Of a stretch of 64,000 nt of DNA, positions 11,600 to 21,746 are shown piece after piece. The notes beneath the pieces were generated by a model that did not search any database, was not told the origin of the DNA, and saw nothing but the letters and a program-made list of their open reading frames with translations. Made by a program: the position numbers and the translations under genes. The stretch spans positions 4,549 to 68,548 of the forward strand of contig JAJNDI010000004.1 in the NCBI GenBank assembly GCA_021156325.1, given 5' to 3'. How positions within the stretch are numbered: position 1 is the stretch's first letter; every line of letters begins with the position of its first letter. The stretch comes from Gammaproteobacteria bacterium (GTDB lineage: Bacteria > Pseudomonadota > Gammaproteobacteria > JAJFKG01).

Positions 11600-11719
11600 T
11601 GAGCTTAGGTGAAATGCGAATTGCGGAGTTCAAGAACTTGCTCGCAATGCTCATGTATGAACAAATACATTCCGCTCACTCGTTTTTGCCTCGCACTTCA
11701 TCATTTCACCTAAGCCCAG
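11600..11719. mobile_element. MITE-like ~100-bp repeat, copy 1 (core TGAAATGCGAATTGCGGAGTTCAAGAAC...CATCATTTCA) nested in flanking inverted repeat GCTTAGGTGAAATG/CATTTCACCTAAGC
   Basis: Near-identical to the copy at 32668..32801. It sits in the convergent intergenic region between ihfB and the nucleosidase gene. Confidence 0.7.
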
Positions 11720-11720
11720 T

Positions 11721-12596
11721 CTAAAAAGAAAAGCGTCTTAGATTCAGCCTACGTGAATTTTTATCAGCTGCATTTATCCGCTTAATAACGGCAATAGCGC
11801 TTTCCAGATGTAATTTTGTATAACGTTCAAAAACCTCTGCAGCGGATGCTTTAGTTTTAATGCCTTCGGGGTTCATGGGTAAATCGCTTACCAGCAACAA
11901 TGCCCCCACCGGTACTTTGCGCGCAAACCCCGTTGTAAAAAGTGCGCTGCATTCCATATCCACGGCGGTTGCTTTTTCTTCGACCAGACGAGCTTTAAAT
12001 TTTTCATCGAATTCCCACATCCGATAATCTGTCGAGTGTACAACGCCTGTCATAAAAGTGAGATTGCGCTCTATCAATTCTTCTGCAATGTATTTTTGTA
12101 TCATAAAAGAAGGCAAACTCGGCACTTGCAAAGGCATATAATGACGACTGGTCCCTTCATCTCGAATGGCGGCAATAGGGATTAAAAAATCTCCTACCCG
12201 CTGACGCCGATGAATACCGCCGCACAAGCCTAACATAATGATTCCCTGCGGATGAAGGTGGGACAGAACATCCATCAATAATGCCGCCATGGGAGAGCCC
12301 ACGCGATAATCGATGATACTGATATCATGTTCAGGAGAGTGAACGACCTTTAAGACGGGTCCTAAAATCGGTTCTGCTTTCGCATAATTCGCAAAAACAT
12401 CGGTATACTGGGGAAAATTGGTGAGTAAAATAAAATGCTGGAAAGCTTCTACTTCAGAGTTAGCATAGCGTGCCAGCGTATCCAAGGCGATCCGGCGCCG
12501 GGTAATTTGAGCAGGGTCAACTGTTTCACGGGTTAACCCCAATGCTTCAGAGTTGCTGTTTTGTCCGAGGGTTTCTGGAGAGGGCTTTTTTGGCAT
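11721..12596 (-). CDS. PNP/UDP-family nucleosidase (AMP nucleosidase-like catalytic domain)
   Basis: Phosphorylase-family fold with 'MLGLCGG' and 'VDMECSA' motifs. At 291 aa it is shorter than E. coli Amn. Confidence 0.6.
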   Translation of the reverse strand: MPKKPSPETLGQNSNSEALGLTRETVDPAQITRRRIALDTLARYANSEVEAFQHFILLTNFPQYTDVFANYAKAEPILGPVLKVVHSPEHDISIIDYRVGSPMAALLMDVLSHLHPQGIIMLGLCGGIHRRQRVGDFLIPIAAIRDEGTSRHYMPLQVPSLPSFMIQKYIAEELIERNLTFMTGVVHSTDYRMWEFDEKFKARLVEEKATAVDMECSALFTTGFARKVPVGALLLVSDLPMNPEGIKTKASAAEVFERYTKLHLESAIAVIKRINAADKNSRRLNLRRFSF

Positions 12597-12627
12597 ATTA
12601 CAATTCCTTTTATCTCTTCGCTTCGTG

Positions 12628-12653
12628 CCTTCTCCCGCTTGGCAGGGAGAGGG
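12628..12653. repeat. REP-like palindromic element, short copy (CCTTCTCCCGC...GGGAGAGGG)
   Basis: Same left-arm motif as the other copies, in an intergenic position. Confidence 0.55.
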
Positions 12654-12687
12654 AAATTAGAAGCTATGCACTAAAAGCATAGCCCAT

Positions 12688-13662
12688 TCAGTTCTTTTTC
12701 CCCACATATTCTGCATTTAAATCTTGCAGCGCTTTGTCTTTTTCTTCCCACAGCGTATTAAGCCACTGCTGAGTTTGTTTGCGTACCTCTGTTTCGCTTT
12801 GCAAATGCTGAGTTAAAATAGCGGGAATAGGCCTTGTTTGAACCCGGACATAAATGCGCTCGACACGCCCACAGAGCAAATCCCATAAAGAAGCATGGGG
12901 CGGGTTGTAAGCAATGGTTACATCGATTAATTGTTGAACGTAATCTCCCAAGAGGGATAGGCTCAAAGCCAGCATGCCGCTTTTAGGGCGCAACAGGAAG
13001 CGGTAAGGGGAGCCCTGGATACGTTGCTTTTCTGAAGTGAAGCGGCTGGATTCGGGAAACAAAATAATAGTGCTGGGGTGCAGCTTAAAGGCTTCGCAAG
13101 CTTTTCTAGTGGTTTCGAGATCTTTGCCTTTTTTCTCGGGATGTTTTTTTAAGTAACTTTTAGTGTAGCGGCTCATAAAAGGAAAATGCAATGCTTTGCA
13201 GGCAAGCCCGATGCCGGGGATCCAAATTAATTCCTGTTTTAAGAAAAATTTGAGCGTAGGCGCTTTGCGGCTGAAGATAATGTATAAAATTAAAATATCA
13301 CTCCAGGAACGATGGTTAGAAACCAAAAAATACCACCCTTTCAGATCAAGATTATCGCCCACACTGACCTCCCATTGGGTTTTGGTGAATAATTTAAAAC
13401 ACCCGCGGTTGACATCAGACCATAATATTGGCAAATAATTCATAAAGCGGTAACATCCTGCCTGCCATTGAGGCAAGGGTAAGAGAATTCGTAAAAAAGC
13501 TACCAACACAATGGAGAAGGGAATTACTAAGGCATTCAAGGTGACACAAAAAGCGCATAATATTCCTCGTAAGGGAGCCGGCAAAAAATTAAACATGGGT
13601 ACCTCTTGGGGTTTGTCCGTCTTGCCATAGTGTTTCAGATAGGAGCCATCGAAACAAGCCAT
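12688..13662 (-). CDS. lysophospholipid acyltransferase (PlsC/LPLAT family)
   Basis: HX4D motif 'NHRSWSDIL', 'FPESSR' motif, and N-terminal TM helices. Confidence 0.7.
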   Translation of the reverse strand: MACFDGSYLKHYGKTDKPQEVPMFNFLPAPLRGILCAFCVTLNALVIPFSIVLVAFLRILLPLPQWQAGCYRFMNYLPILWSDVNRGCFKLFTKTQWEVSVGDNLDLKGWYFLVSNHRSWSDILILYIIFSRKAPTLKFFLKQELIWIPGIGLACKALHFPFMSRYTKSYLKKHPEKKGKDLETTRKACEAFKLHPSTIILFPESSRFTSEKQRIQGSPYRFLLRPKSGMLALSLSLLGDYVQQLIDVTIAYNPPHASLWDLLCGRVERIYVRVQTRPIPAILTQHLQSETEVRKQTQQWLNTLWEEKDKALQDLNAEYVGKKN

Positions 13663-13866
13663 GATATCTCCCTATCTGTAGTGTTCGCGCTTTGAATGGA
13701 AGTCTTGAGTATAAAATAATACTAAAATGCCGTGGCATTAAATGTACTTTAATGATAATATTGTGTTTTCTACGAAAAATAATGGCCTATTCGAGGCATA
13801 ATATAGTCAAAGCGCGAAGAGCATAGAATACCTGCCAACAGGCAGAATATAAAATACGAGGACAGC

Positions 13867-14733
13867 ATGATGCTGGCACAAACGGATACCTCCTGGTTTA
13901 ACGAAATTCAGGCTACAGAAGGCAGCGCCTTTTCTTTGGCTATTAAGCGCAAATTGCATGAAGAAAAGACCCCTTATCAAACCATCGCCATTTATGAAAC
14001 ACTGCATTTTGGGAATTTGATGACTATCGATGGGATCCTCATGCTCACCTCGCGAGATAATTTTATTTATCATGAAATGATGGCGCACTTTCCTTTATTC
14101 ACGCATCCAGAGCCAAAACGGGTAGTGATTATCGGGGGAGGCGATTGTGGTACTTTACGCGAAGTCTTAAAACACGATACGGTTAAAGCTGCCCACTTAA
14201 TTGATATTGATGAACGGGTCACACGGCTTTCTGAACAGTATTTTCCTGAGCTTTGCGCTGCTAACCACGATCCGCGTGTGGCTTTATCTTTTATTAACGG
14301 GATTGAGTGGATGGCAAAACAAGCCTCACAACCAGGCAGTATTGATCTTATCATTGTCGATTCTACCGATCCGATAGGGCCTGGCGAAGCCTTATTTACG
14401 GCTGATTTTTATCGAGACTGTTTTTCTGCTTTAACAAAACAGGGTTTATTAGTACAACAAAGTGAATCGCCGCTTTTTCACAAAAAACTGATTCAAACCA
14501 TGCGTTCTAATATGACAGCAGCGGGATTTGTTTCTCTTCATACCGCACAATTTCCACAACCCACTTACCCTTCGGGTTGGTGGTCATTGACTTTGGCCGG
14601 AAAAGAAAGCACATTGCCTGGCTTTCGTGAAAAAGCAGCGTTCAACAAAACATTTACAACACACTATTACAATAAGGATATACATTTGGCTTCAATGGCC
14701 ATACCAGAATGTTTAAAAAATTTGACCCCTTAA
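13867..14733 (+). CDS. speE: spermidine synthase
   Basis: 'GGGDCGTLREV' and 'DSTDPIGPGEALF' motifs. Confidence 0.85.
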   Translation: MMLAQTDTSWFNEIQATEGSAFSLAIKRKLHEEKTPYQTIAIYETLHFGNLMTIDGILMLTSRDNFIYHEMMAHFPLFTHPEPKRVVIIGGGDCGTLREVLKHDTVKAAHLIDIDERVTRLSEQYFPELCAANHDPRVALSFINGIEWMAKQASQPGSIDLIIVDSTDPIGPGEALFTADFYRDCFSALTKQGLLVQQSESPLFHKKLIQTMRSNMTAAGFVSLHTAQFPQPTYPSGWWSLTLAGKESTLPGFREKAAFNKTFTTHYYNKDIHLASMAIPECLKNLTP

Positions 14734-14749
14734 CACGTATTAGGCTGCT

Positions 14750-16648
14750 ATGGAAAATATTGCAATTCATAAAGAGGTAGGACAATCCTCATTTTCTGCC
14801 GAGCAAGAAATGTTGTTTACCAAAGCCTTACAGGCCATTCAAGTGGGCAATACTGAGCTTGCAGAACAGGATTTATTTCAAATCATTCAACATGCTGCAA
14901 ATCCTGGCGAGAGTTATTATAACATTGGAATGGCTTTTTTAGAGCATAATCATCCCGATAAAGCCAAGGATTATCTTGTCAAGGCTTGTCACCTTATCCC
15001 CAATGTATGCGATAGTTTTTTTCATTTGGGGCAGTGTCATCAAAAATTAGGCGAATTGGAAGAAGCCGTCGCACATTATAAAAGCGCATTAATGGTCGAT
15101 CCAAAACATGCCGAGGCTTTAGCTTATCTTAGTCTCGTTTATTATCAATTGAATGCGCTCGATTTAGCGGAGCGGGCAACAGTAAATTGGCTCCACGCCT
15201 ATCCTACCGTGGCGGCAGCGTATAACCTTTTAGGGTCTATTTATCTAAGACGCAAAGCTTATCGAGATGCCGTATCGCAATTTGCTCAAGCCTTACAGTT
15301 TGATGTGACTTATTACGAAGCGATTGTCAATCTGGGACAAACGAACATGTATCTTTGTCGATACCAGGAAGCTGAGCATTATTTAACACGCGCATTGGCT
15401 ATTGATGATCGTTCTTCACTACTGCATACTTATTATGGCATTAATTCGCTGAATCAACGCAAATTTAAACTGGCAAAACAATGTTTTGATAGAGCTATTT
15501 TGCTTGATAAAAACAATGCGCTCGCATATGCCAATTTATCTGTGGTATTGCAATATCATTATCAATTTGGCAGCGGCAATCGTGCGATGCGGCAAGCCTT
15601 AATGCTCAACAATAAAGATCCTTCTTTTTATATACAGTTTGCTGGAAATTTGATTTTGCAAAATCAGCCGGAAAAAGCAATAAAAAGTGCAAAGCGGGCT
15701 TTGCAATTATCCAGCAAAGAGCAGAAAGCGCATACGTTATTAGAACAAACCTTTTTGAGTTTGGGCTATTACGAAGATGCGTGGCAAAAAAGAAGCTCTG
15801 TATTGCAGCAAAACTCCTTGTTATTGGGAGAACGTTGTCTTTTATGGAATGGAAAACCTTTTCCGGGTAAGTTATTGTTAGTGTATTGCGACACTGTTAC
15901 AGAAGAAGCCATTTTATTATTGCGTTACGTACCGCTCTTGGCTAACTATGGCCGCCGCATTGCCCTTGCCGGCTCTTTGACGCTCATGCCTCTCTTAGAG
16001 CAATTTCCGCACATCGAACAAGTCTGGCTGCTGGAATCCGATTTAAGCAAAATATCTGGTGTTGATTTCCAAGTGCCGTTAACATTACTGCCTTGTTTAA
16101 TGAATACTACGGTAACAACTATTCCCTCAACTTTTCCTTATTTGCCGCTCAATGACAATATGTTAAGGACATGGGAAAGCATTTTGCAACGTTATACTGA
16201 CAGTAGAAAAAAAATCGGAATTGCATGGTTATCGGCTGTATTGCCTAACCCAGCCCAAGATGTTCCTTTCCAGGTATTTGCGGCGGTAGTAAAACAACTT
16301 TCTCATGTCTCTCTTTTTAATCTCACATCTTATCACAGTCACGCTCAGTATGAATGGGGTAACCACTTGGGCTTACACGATATTGGTACACGGGAATTAG
16401 CGGCGTTATCAGCGATAATTCAACAGCTAGATTGTGTTATCACGAGCGATAATCTCGTTGCTCATCTTGCAGGAGCATTGGGCAAACCGGCTTATGTGAT
16501 ACTGCCTTTTGCCACGAAATGGTATTGGGCATGTAAAGAGAATATTCCTTTATGGTATCCTAGTATTCGACTCTACCGCCAACGCATTCCTAATCAATGG
16601 CAAGATGTTATTGCCTGCCTCTTATCTGAAATAAAGTCGGAGGTATAA
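14750..16648 (+). CDS. TPR-repeat protein fused to glycosyltransferase family 9 (heptosyltransferase-like) domain
   Basis: N-terminal TPR repeats. The C-terminus carries 'DCVITSDNLVAHLAGALGKPAYVIL', the GT9 signature. Confidence 0.6.
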   Translation: MENIAIHKEVGQSSFSAEQEMLFTKALQAIQVGNTELAEQDLFQIIQHAANPGESYYNIGMAFLEHNHPDKAKDYLVKACHLIPNVCDSFFHLGQCHQKLGELEEAVAHYKSALMVDPKHAEALAYLSLVYYQLNALDLAERATVNWLHAYPTVAAAYNLLGSIYLRRKAYRDAVSQFAQALQFDVTYYEAIVNLGQTNMYLCRYQEAEHYLTRALAIDDRSSLLHTYYGINSLNQRKFKLAKQCFDRAILLDKNNALAYANLSVVLQYHYQFGSGNRAMRQALMLNNKDPSFYIQFAGNLILQNQPEKAIKSAKRALQLSSKEQKAHTLLEQTFLSLGYYEDAWQKRSSVLQQNSLLLGERCLLWNGKPFPGKLLLVYCDTVTEEAILLLRYVPLLANYGRRIALAGSLTLMPLLEQFPHIEQVWLLESDLSKISGVDFQVPLTLLPCLMNTTVTTIPSTFPYLPLNDNMLRTWESILQRYTDSRKKIGIAWLSAVLPNPAQDVPFQVFAAVVKQLSHVSLFNLTSYHSHAQYEWGNHLGLHDIGTRELAALSAIIQQLDCVITSDNLVAHLAGALGKPAYVILPFATKWYWACKENIPLWYPSIRLYRQRIPNQWQDVIACLLSEIKSEV

Positions 16649-17958
16649 TGATGCAGCAACATCAATCCGCAACCAAAAAATCCTTAAATATTTCCCGTGA
16701 AAAATTAGCTTGGGTAACATGGGGCTTAGGAGCTCTTTTTTACTATTATGAATTTTCGCTGCAAGTTTCACCGAGTGTGATGGCTTCTCAATTAGCGGAT
16801 GCTTTTCAAGTCCAAGCTTCGGGTCTTGGCAAATTGGTGGCGTGTTATTTTTATGCTTATGCGTTGATGCAGATACCTGTTGGCTTGCTATTAGACCGAT
16901 TTGGCCCTCGACGGATGTTGACCATGGCGTTGCTCATTTGCAGTCTCGGTAGTTTTGTTTTCAGCTGTACTTCTCACTTGCTGACGGCGGGAGCCGCGCG
17001 CTTTTTAATTGGAGTGGGTTCTGCATTTTCTGTTATCGGCTGTTTAAAGCTGTCTGCCAACTGGTTTAGACCGGAACGATTCGCATTTTTAACCGGATTA
17101 TTATTAATGATCGGCATGTTGGGAGCAGCAGGGGGTGAAGCGCCATTAGCCTTATTGGTGGAAGTCAGCAGCTGGCGGGCAGTATTAATCGGTTTTGGTG
17201 TTGCCGGTATTATATTAGCGGCAGCGCTTTGGGTAGTGGTGCGCGATCATCCGCCGCAAGCAGCAATTATCTCTTATGATATAAACGATCAATATCATAC
17301 CGTTTGGGTTGCATTAAAAGATATTATCCACCAAAAACAAGTCTGGTTAGTCGCTATTTACGGGGCTTTGATGTTTGCACCGACCATTGCATTTGGAGGG
17401 TTGTGGGCAGTTCCTTATCTGACGCGGCACTTTCCCATCAGTAAATCGGCTGCCGGCGGTATTATGACTTTATTTTTCATAGGCTGGGCTGCGGGGGCAC
17501 CCGCTTTTGGCGCCTATTCTGATTACATTCATCGGCGTAAATCCGTTTTATATACCAGCACCGTGGGTTCGATGATTTGCATTTGTTTATTATTGTACTT
17601 ACCTGTCACGATTTTATGGTCTATGATTTTGCTGTTTTTGTTTGGTTTTTTTAGCGCCGGTTTCCTGCCGATATTTTCTATTATTAAAGAAATTACTCCG
17701 CACCGATATGCAGCCACGGCATTGGGGTTTACGAATACCTTGAATATGGCTTCAGGTGCTTTACTGCAGCCGTTAATCGGGATTATTTTAGATTGGCTTT
17801 GGCAAGGGCAAATGGCTGATGCAACGCAGCGTTACTATGGTTTGCCGCTTTATACGATAGCCTTGTCTACTTTACCGCTGTGTATCCTGATAGCCGCTTT
17901 CTTTTTGCCGTTTATCAAAGAGACTTATGGTAAGTCACACTTGCCAAAATCTGTATAA
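16648..17958 (+). CDS. MFS transporter
   Basis: 12 predicted TM helices and the 'LLDRFGPRRM' MFS motif. It is paralogous to the 46963..48291 ORF. Confidence 0.8.
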   Translation: MMQQHQSATKKSLNISREKLAWVTWGLGALFYYYEFSLQVSPSVMASQLADAFQVQASGLGKLVACYFYAYALMQIPVGLLLDRFGPRRMLTMALLICSLGSFVFSCTSHLLTAGAARFLIGVGSAFSVIGCLKLSANWFRPERFAFLTGLLLMIGMLGAAGGEAPLALLVEVSSWRAVLIGFGVAGIILAAALWVVVRDHPPQAAIISYDINDQYHTVWVALKDIIHQKQVWLVAIYGALMFAPTIAFGGLWAVPYLTRHFPISKSAAGGIMTLFFIGWAAGAPAFGAYSDYIHRRKSVLYTSTVGSMICICLLLYLPVTILWSMILLFLFGFFSAGFLPIFSIIKEITPHRYAATALGFTNTLNMASGALLQPLIGIILDWLWQGQMADATQRYYGLPLYTIALSTLPLCILIAAFFLPFIKETYGKSHLPKSV

Positions 17959-17979
17959 TGACGCATATTATACTCAAAG

Positions 17980-18555
17980 GTGGATATCAGAGGACTTCTT
18001 ACGATGTCAGGACAAGCATCAACCCGGCTCGCAGGGCGCGCTGCCCAATTCTGGCGTTTCTCGCTGGGTCTTTATCAAAGCCCGGAGATTAAACCGCAGT
18101 TATTATCTTTCCAAAAAGATTATGGCACGAATATAAATATTGTTTTATTTTGCTGTTGGATTGCCGACACTTACCAAGGGACTTTGACTCGAGCTGAACT
18201 GTTGCGAGCCACTGCTTTGCTAGCCAATTGGCACGCAAAGATCACCAAACGATTGCAACGGCTGCGCAATAGTTTGCCCCGAAAAGCGGCTAATACCTGC
18301 TATCAAGGATTTTCTGAAGCTATCTTGCAAGATGAGATTGCAGCCGAAAAAGAGGAACAAGCGCTTTTGGCAAATCATATTTTTTATCCGGTAGAATCAC
18401 TTTACCCGCCTCACGAAAAAATAGAAAAAGCAAGTCAATCGATCCACCATTATCTTGACATATTGACTGTTCCTCAACAGGCTGAGCGAGAAAAACGGGT
18501 GCTTTCTTTTATTAACAGAGTGTTTGCCGGGTGCGTTGACAAGCATGATAAATAA
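17980..18555 (+). CDS. conserved hypothetical cytoplasmic protein
   Basis: Intact ORF with no recognised catalytic motif. Confidence 0.4.
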   Translation: MDIRGLLTMSGQASTRLAGRAAQFWRFSLGLYQSPEIKPQLLSFQKDYGTNINIVLFCCWIADTYQGTLTRAELLRATALLANWHAKITKRLQRLRNSLPRKAANTCYQGFSEAILQDEIAAEKEEQALLANHIFYPVESLYPPHEKIEKASQSIHHYLDILTVPQQAEREKRVLSFINRVFAGCVDKHDK

Positions 18556-19363
18556 ACATGTTTTAAAAAGCAGTTGTTTAATTTTTTGTTTTTTGTTTGG
18601 TTTCACTTCCTACGCTGCGACAGACACTTCAACACAAGCCACTTTATTAAAAGACAGAGAGATCGCTTCCAATAAAATCAACCCTGATGAAGCCATGATG
18701 TTGGGCGCTTTAACGGGTTTAGGCGCTGGTGTTCTTGCGACACCGCTTAGCGATCACTTATGGTGGGTTCCTGCAGGTACAGCGGTTGGGTTATTAGCAG
18801 GTTTTGGGTTAGCTGTTTATGCAGCTGATGATTACGCTTTTCCAAGCCTTTGTGATGAGAATGCAGACTGCAGCCGCATGGGACTTTTTAAAACAGAATA
18901 TAGTATTGTACAGCAGTTGATGGCAGCGGGAGCAACAGTGGTTAATCTTGGCGATAATACTGTTGTTATCATACAAAGTCAGACTTTATTTATTCCGGGA
19001 ACCGCCGATTTTAGCGTGGAAAAGCCCAATTTGTTGAACCTTACCGCAAAGTTAGTGCAGGAGCGAGATCCTTCACAGATTGTTGTCATGGGCAGTACCG
19101 CCAATATTGGATCACCTCAAATGCAGTTAACATTAACCCGTGCCCAAGCCAATGCGGTAGGCCGTTATTTTGCCCGATTTTGGGGACTCAAAAAGACGCC
19201 GATTTATATTGCGGGCTTGGGCAGCACAAAGCCAATCGCCAATGAATATACCGTGTCAGGCCGTGCCAAGAATAATGCCATTATCATCAGTATGGGTGAT
19301 GCAAAGGGATTGGATTATTATCAACGTTTTATTTTATCGCCTGATCAATACGGCGGTAAATAA
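18545..19363 (+). CDS. OmpA-family (peptidoglycan-associated C-terminal domain) protein with signal peptide
   Basis: Signal peptide, a Gly-rich hydrophobic middle, and an OmpA_C-like C-terminus ('RAQANAVGRYF'). Confidence 0.6.
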   Translation: MINKHVLKSSCLIFCFLFGFTSYAATDTSTQATLLKDREIASNKINPDEAMMLGALTGLGAGVLATPLSDHLWWVPAGTAVGLLAGFGLAVYAADDYAFPSLCDENADCSRMGLFKTEYSIVQQLMAAGATVVNLGDNTVVIIQSQTLFIPGTADFSVEKPNLLNLTAKLVQERDPSQIVVMGSTANIGSPQMQLTLTRAQANAVGRYFARFWGLKKTPIYIAGLGSTKPIANEYTVSGRAKNNAIIISMGDAKGLDYYQRFILSPDQYGGK

Positions 19364-20016
19364 ATATCAAAGCGATATTTGATCATCCTAATACAAAAAT
19401 CCGGTTTTTTATTTTCTAAAGGCACTGCCTGCATAGGGCGTTTTACCACTACCCGTTTTTGTGCGATCTTACAGGCTAAAGAAAGCAAACAGGTATTATC
19501 ATCTTGTCCCGCTAACTCTTGTAAAATTTGCATATTTTTTTGAACCTTCGCGCAAGACTTTTTTTGAGGAAACATAGGATCACAATAAACGGTATCAACA
19601 GCGTTTTTTCCCTCAGTATTATTAAGGAGAAATTCACAATAGTCTTTCGCATCTTGATGGATAACCGTGACACGATGAGCCCACGGTTCTTTATTCTCCT
19701 GCGCGCGCTTTAAGCCGTCTGCTAACAGGGCAAATATAATAGGATGGCGTTCCACTAACGTAACTTGACAGCCAAGATTAGCCAATATCACCCCATCTTG
19801 TCCAAAACCTGCCGTTAAGTCTACAATTCGCGGCCTGTACCCCGGTTTGATGCCGACAGCGCGGGCAATGGGTTGATGTGTACTTGTTTCATGTTTAAGC
19901 CGATAAGCCAGTTTACCTTGGCAAAAATCGATGGAAAAAGGCTTTAAATGCGGGCACACTAGCGTTAATTTATCTTCTTGCTGGCAGAGCGTATAAGCAG
20001 TTGAAAGCGTATTCAT
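19345..20016 (-). CDS. rsmJ: 16S rRNA m2G1516 methyltransferase RsmJ-like SAM-dependent methyltransferase
   Basis: 'VVDLTAGFGQDGVILANLGCQVTLVERHP' SAM-binding motif of the RsmJ/DUF548 type. Confidence 0.7.
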   Translation of the reverse strand: MNTLSTAYTLCQQEDKLTLVCPHLKPFSIDFCQGKLAYRLKHETSTHQPIARAVGIKPGYRPRIVDLTAGFGQDGVILANLGCQVTLVERHPIIFALLADGLKRAQENKEPWAHRVTVIHQDAKDYCEFLLNNTEGKNAVDTVYCDPMFPQKKSCAKVQKNMQILQELAGQDDNTCLLSLACKIAQKRVVVKRPMQAVPLENKKPDFCIRMIKYRFDIYLPPY

Positions 20017-20096
20017 TGGTTCATTATCTCGTATTTTGGATGAAATGCCAATTGAAATAATCTAGGAAATACATACAATAGCCCCGATTTTACCCA

Positions 20097-20993
20097 TTGA
20101 GAGAGAGTATGATGAATAAGCCCTTTAATAATGCAGAACTGGTGTGCCGGGAAGACGGGAGCGTCTATCATTTAGCTTTACATCCGGGAGAACTTGCCGA
20201 AAAAATTATTTTGGTGGGCGATCCTGAAAGAGTGGGGCTTGTATCGGCTCAATTTGATAATATTGAATTGAAACGTCAAGAACGCGAATTTATCACGCAT
20301 ACCGGATGGTATAAAGGGGAACGGTTTTCTGTTATTTCAACGGGTATTGGTACAGACAATGTTGATATTGTTATCAATGAATTGGATGCCTTGTTTAACG
20401 TTGATTTCAAAAAACGTGAACCCAAATCTGAATTAACTTCTTTAATCTTGGTTCGAGTGGGAACGTGCGGTGCCTTGCAGGCGGCTATTCCGGTCGATGA
20501 CTTTATTGTCTCGAGCAGCGGGATTGGTTTTGATGGCTTATTGCATTGCTATGATGTAACTTACAATGAACATGAAAAATTATTAACACAAGCTGTTATG
20601 CAACATTGCCAGGGTTTTGCCAACCAGCGTTTACTGCCTTATGTGTGTGATGGCGACAAGGGTTTAATCAAGGCTTTTTCTACAAATTGCCACGTGGGAT
20701 TAACGGTCACCTGTACTGGTTTTTACGGACCCCAAGGCCGGCAAATTCGGCTAAAACCGCAAATGGCAGATTTTTTGGATGTGATTTCACGCTTTCATTT
20801 TCAAGAAGAGTATACAGCCAATTTTGAAATGGAAACATCCGGTTTATACGGATTAGGCCGTGCATTGGGTCATCGGTGTTTATCCTTATCGCGCGTTGTG
20901 GTTAATCGTATAACAGGTGAAAGCCATCGAAGCTCTGTGCAGCCAATGGGAGATTTGATTGCGTTGACGCTGGATACCTTGTGTAAATTATAA
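20097..20993 (+). CDS. nucleoside phosphorylase (PNP/UDP family 1)
   Basis: 'LVGDPERV' and 'VRVGTCGAL' phosphorylase motifs. Confidence 0.6.
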   Translation: MRESMMNKPFNNAELVCREDGSVYHLALHPGELAEKIILVGDPERVGLVSAQFDNIELKRQEREFITHTGWYKGERFSVISTGIGTDNVDIVINELDALFNVDFKKREPKSELTSLILVRVGTCGALQAAIPVDDFIVSSSGIGFDGLLHCYDVTYNEHEKLLTQAVMQHCQGFANQRLLPYVCDGDKGLIKAFSTNCHVGLTVTCTGFYGPQGRQIRLKPQMADFLDVISRFHFQEEYTANFEMETSGLYGLGRALGHRCLSLSRVVVNRITGESHRSSVQPMGDLIALTLDTLCKL

Positions 20994-21746
20994 TTGTGCT
21001 AATACATCATCTAGCAAAGTGCTCGCCCCGAAACGGCAAGTTTCGGGGTGCAGCCATTCTTCACCTAGAATAGTGTCAACAATCTCGAGAAAGGGCAGGG
21101 TTTGTGCCATGAAACGAATACTGCCAGAAGCTTTAAATCCCACTTTACGTCCTGTTTCTTCAAAGTGTTGGTGAATAGCGCTGCATATGGCTTCCGCTGC
21201 TGAAACGGTTGCCCCGATACTGATTTTGCCCGTAGACGTTTTAATGAAATCAGCACCTGAGTGAATGGCATCGAGAGCAGCGCGTTCTATCAAGTCCGGA
21301 TCTAACAAATACCCTGTTTCTAAAATCACTTTAAGCCGTGCCTTTTCGCCGCAGGTGTTTTTACACGCTTTGATAAATTCACAAGCATGATCTCTATCGC
21401 CCCGCTGGTAACGTTGATAAGGCATGACCACATCAATTTCAGCAGCCCCTTGAGAAATACTTTTTTCAATGTGAGAACAGGTTTCTTCTAGCGAATGATT
21501 ACCGCTGGGAAAATTCATGACGGTCGCAACGGAAATTCCTGTCAATCGCAAACAGGACATCGCGGTTTTTACAAAGGGCGGATAAACACAAACGGCAGCT
21601 ACATGGCCTTTATCACTATGGGCTTTTTCACATAATGATTTAATGTGTTCATCTGTATCCGTCTCATTCAAGCTTGTTAAATCGATTAACGATAAAACGA
21701 GTCTTGCGACTTGCTGATGTCTATTCATCGGCAATAGCCCGCACAA
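20988..21746 (-). CDS. deoC: deoxyribose-phosphate aldolase
   Basis: DeoC fold with the Schiff-base lysine context 'FIKTSTGK'. Confidence 0.85.
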   Translation of the reverse strand: MCGLLPMNRHQQVARLVLSLIDLTSLNETDTDEHIKSLCEKAHSDKGHVAAVCVYPPFVKTAMSCLRLTGISVATVMNFPSGNHSLEETCSHIEKSISQGAAEIDVVMPYQRYQRGDRDHACEFIKACKNTCGEKARLKVILETGYLLDPDLIERAALDAIHSGADFIKTSTGKISIGATVSAAEAICSAIHQHFEETGRKVGFKASGSIRFMAQTLPFLEIVDTILGEEWLHPETCRFGASTLLDDVLAQL

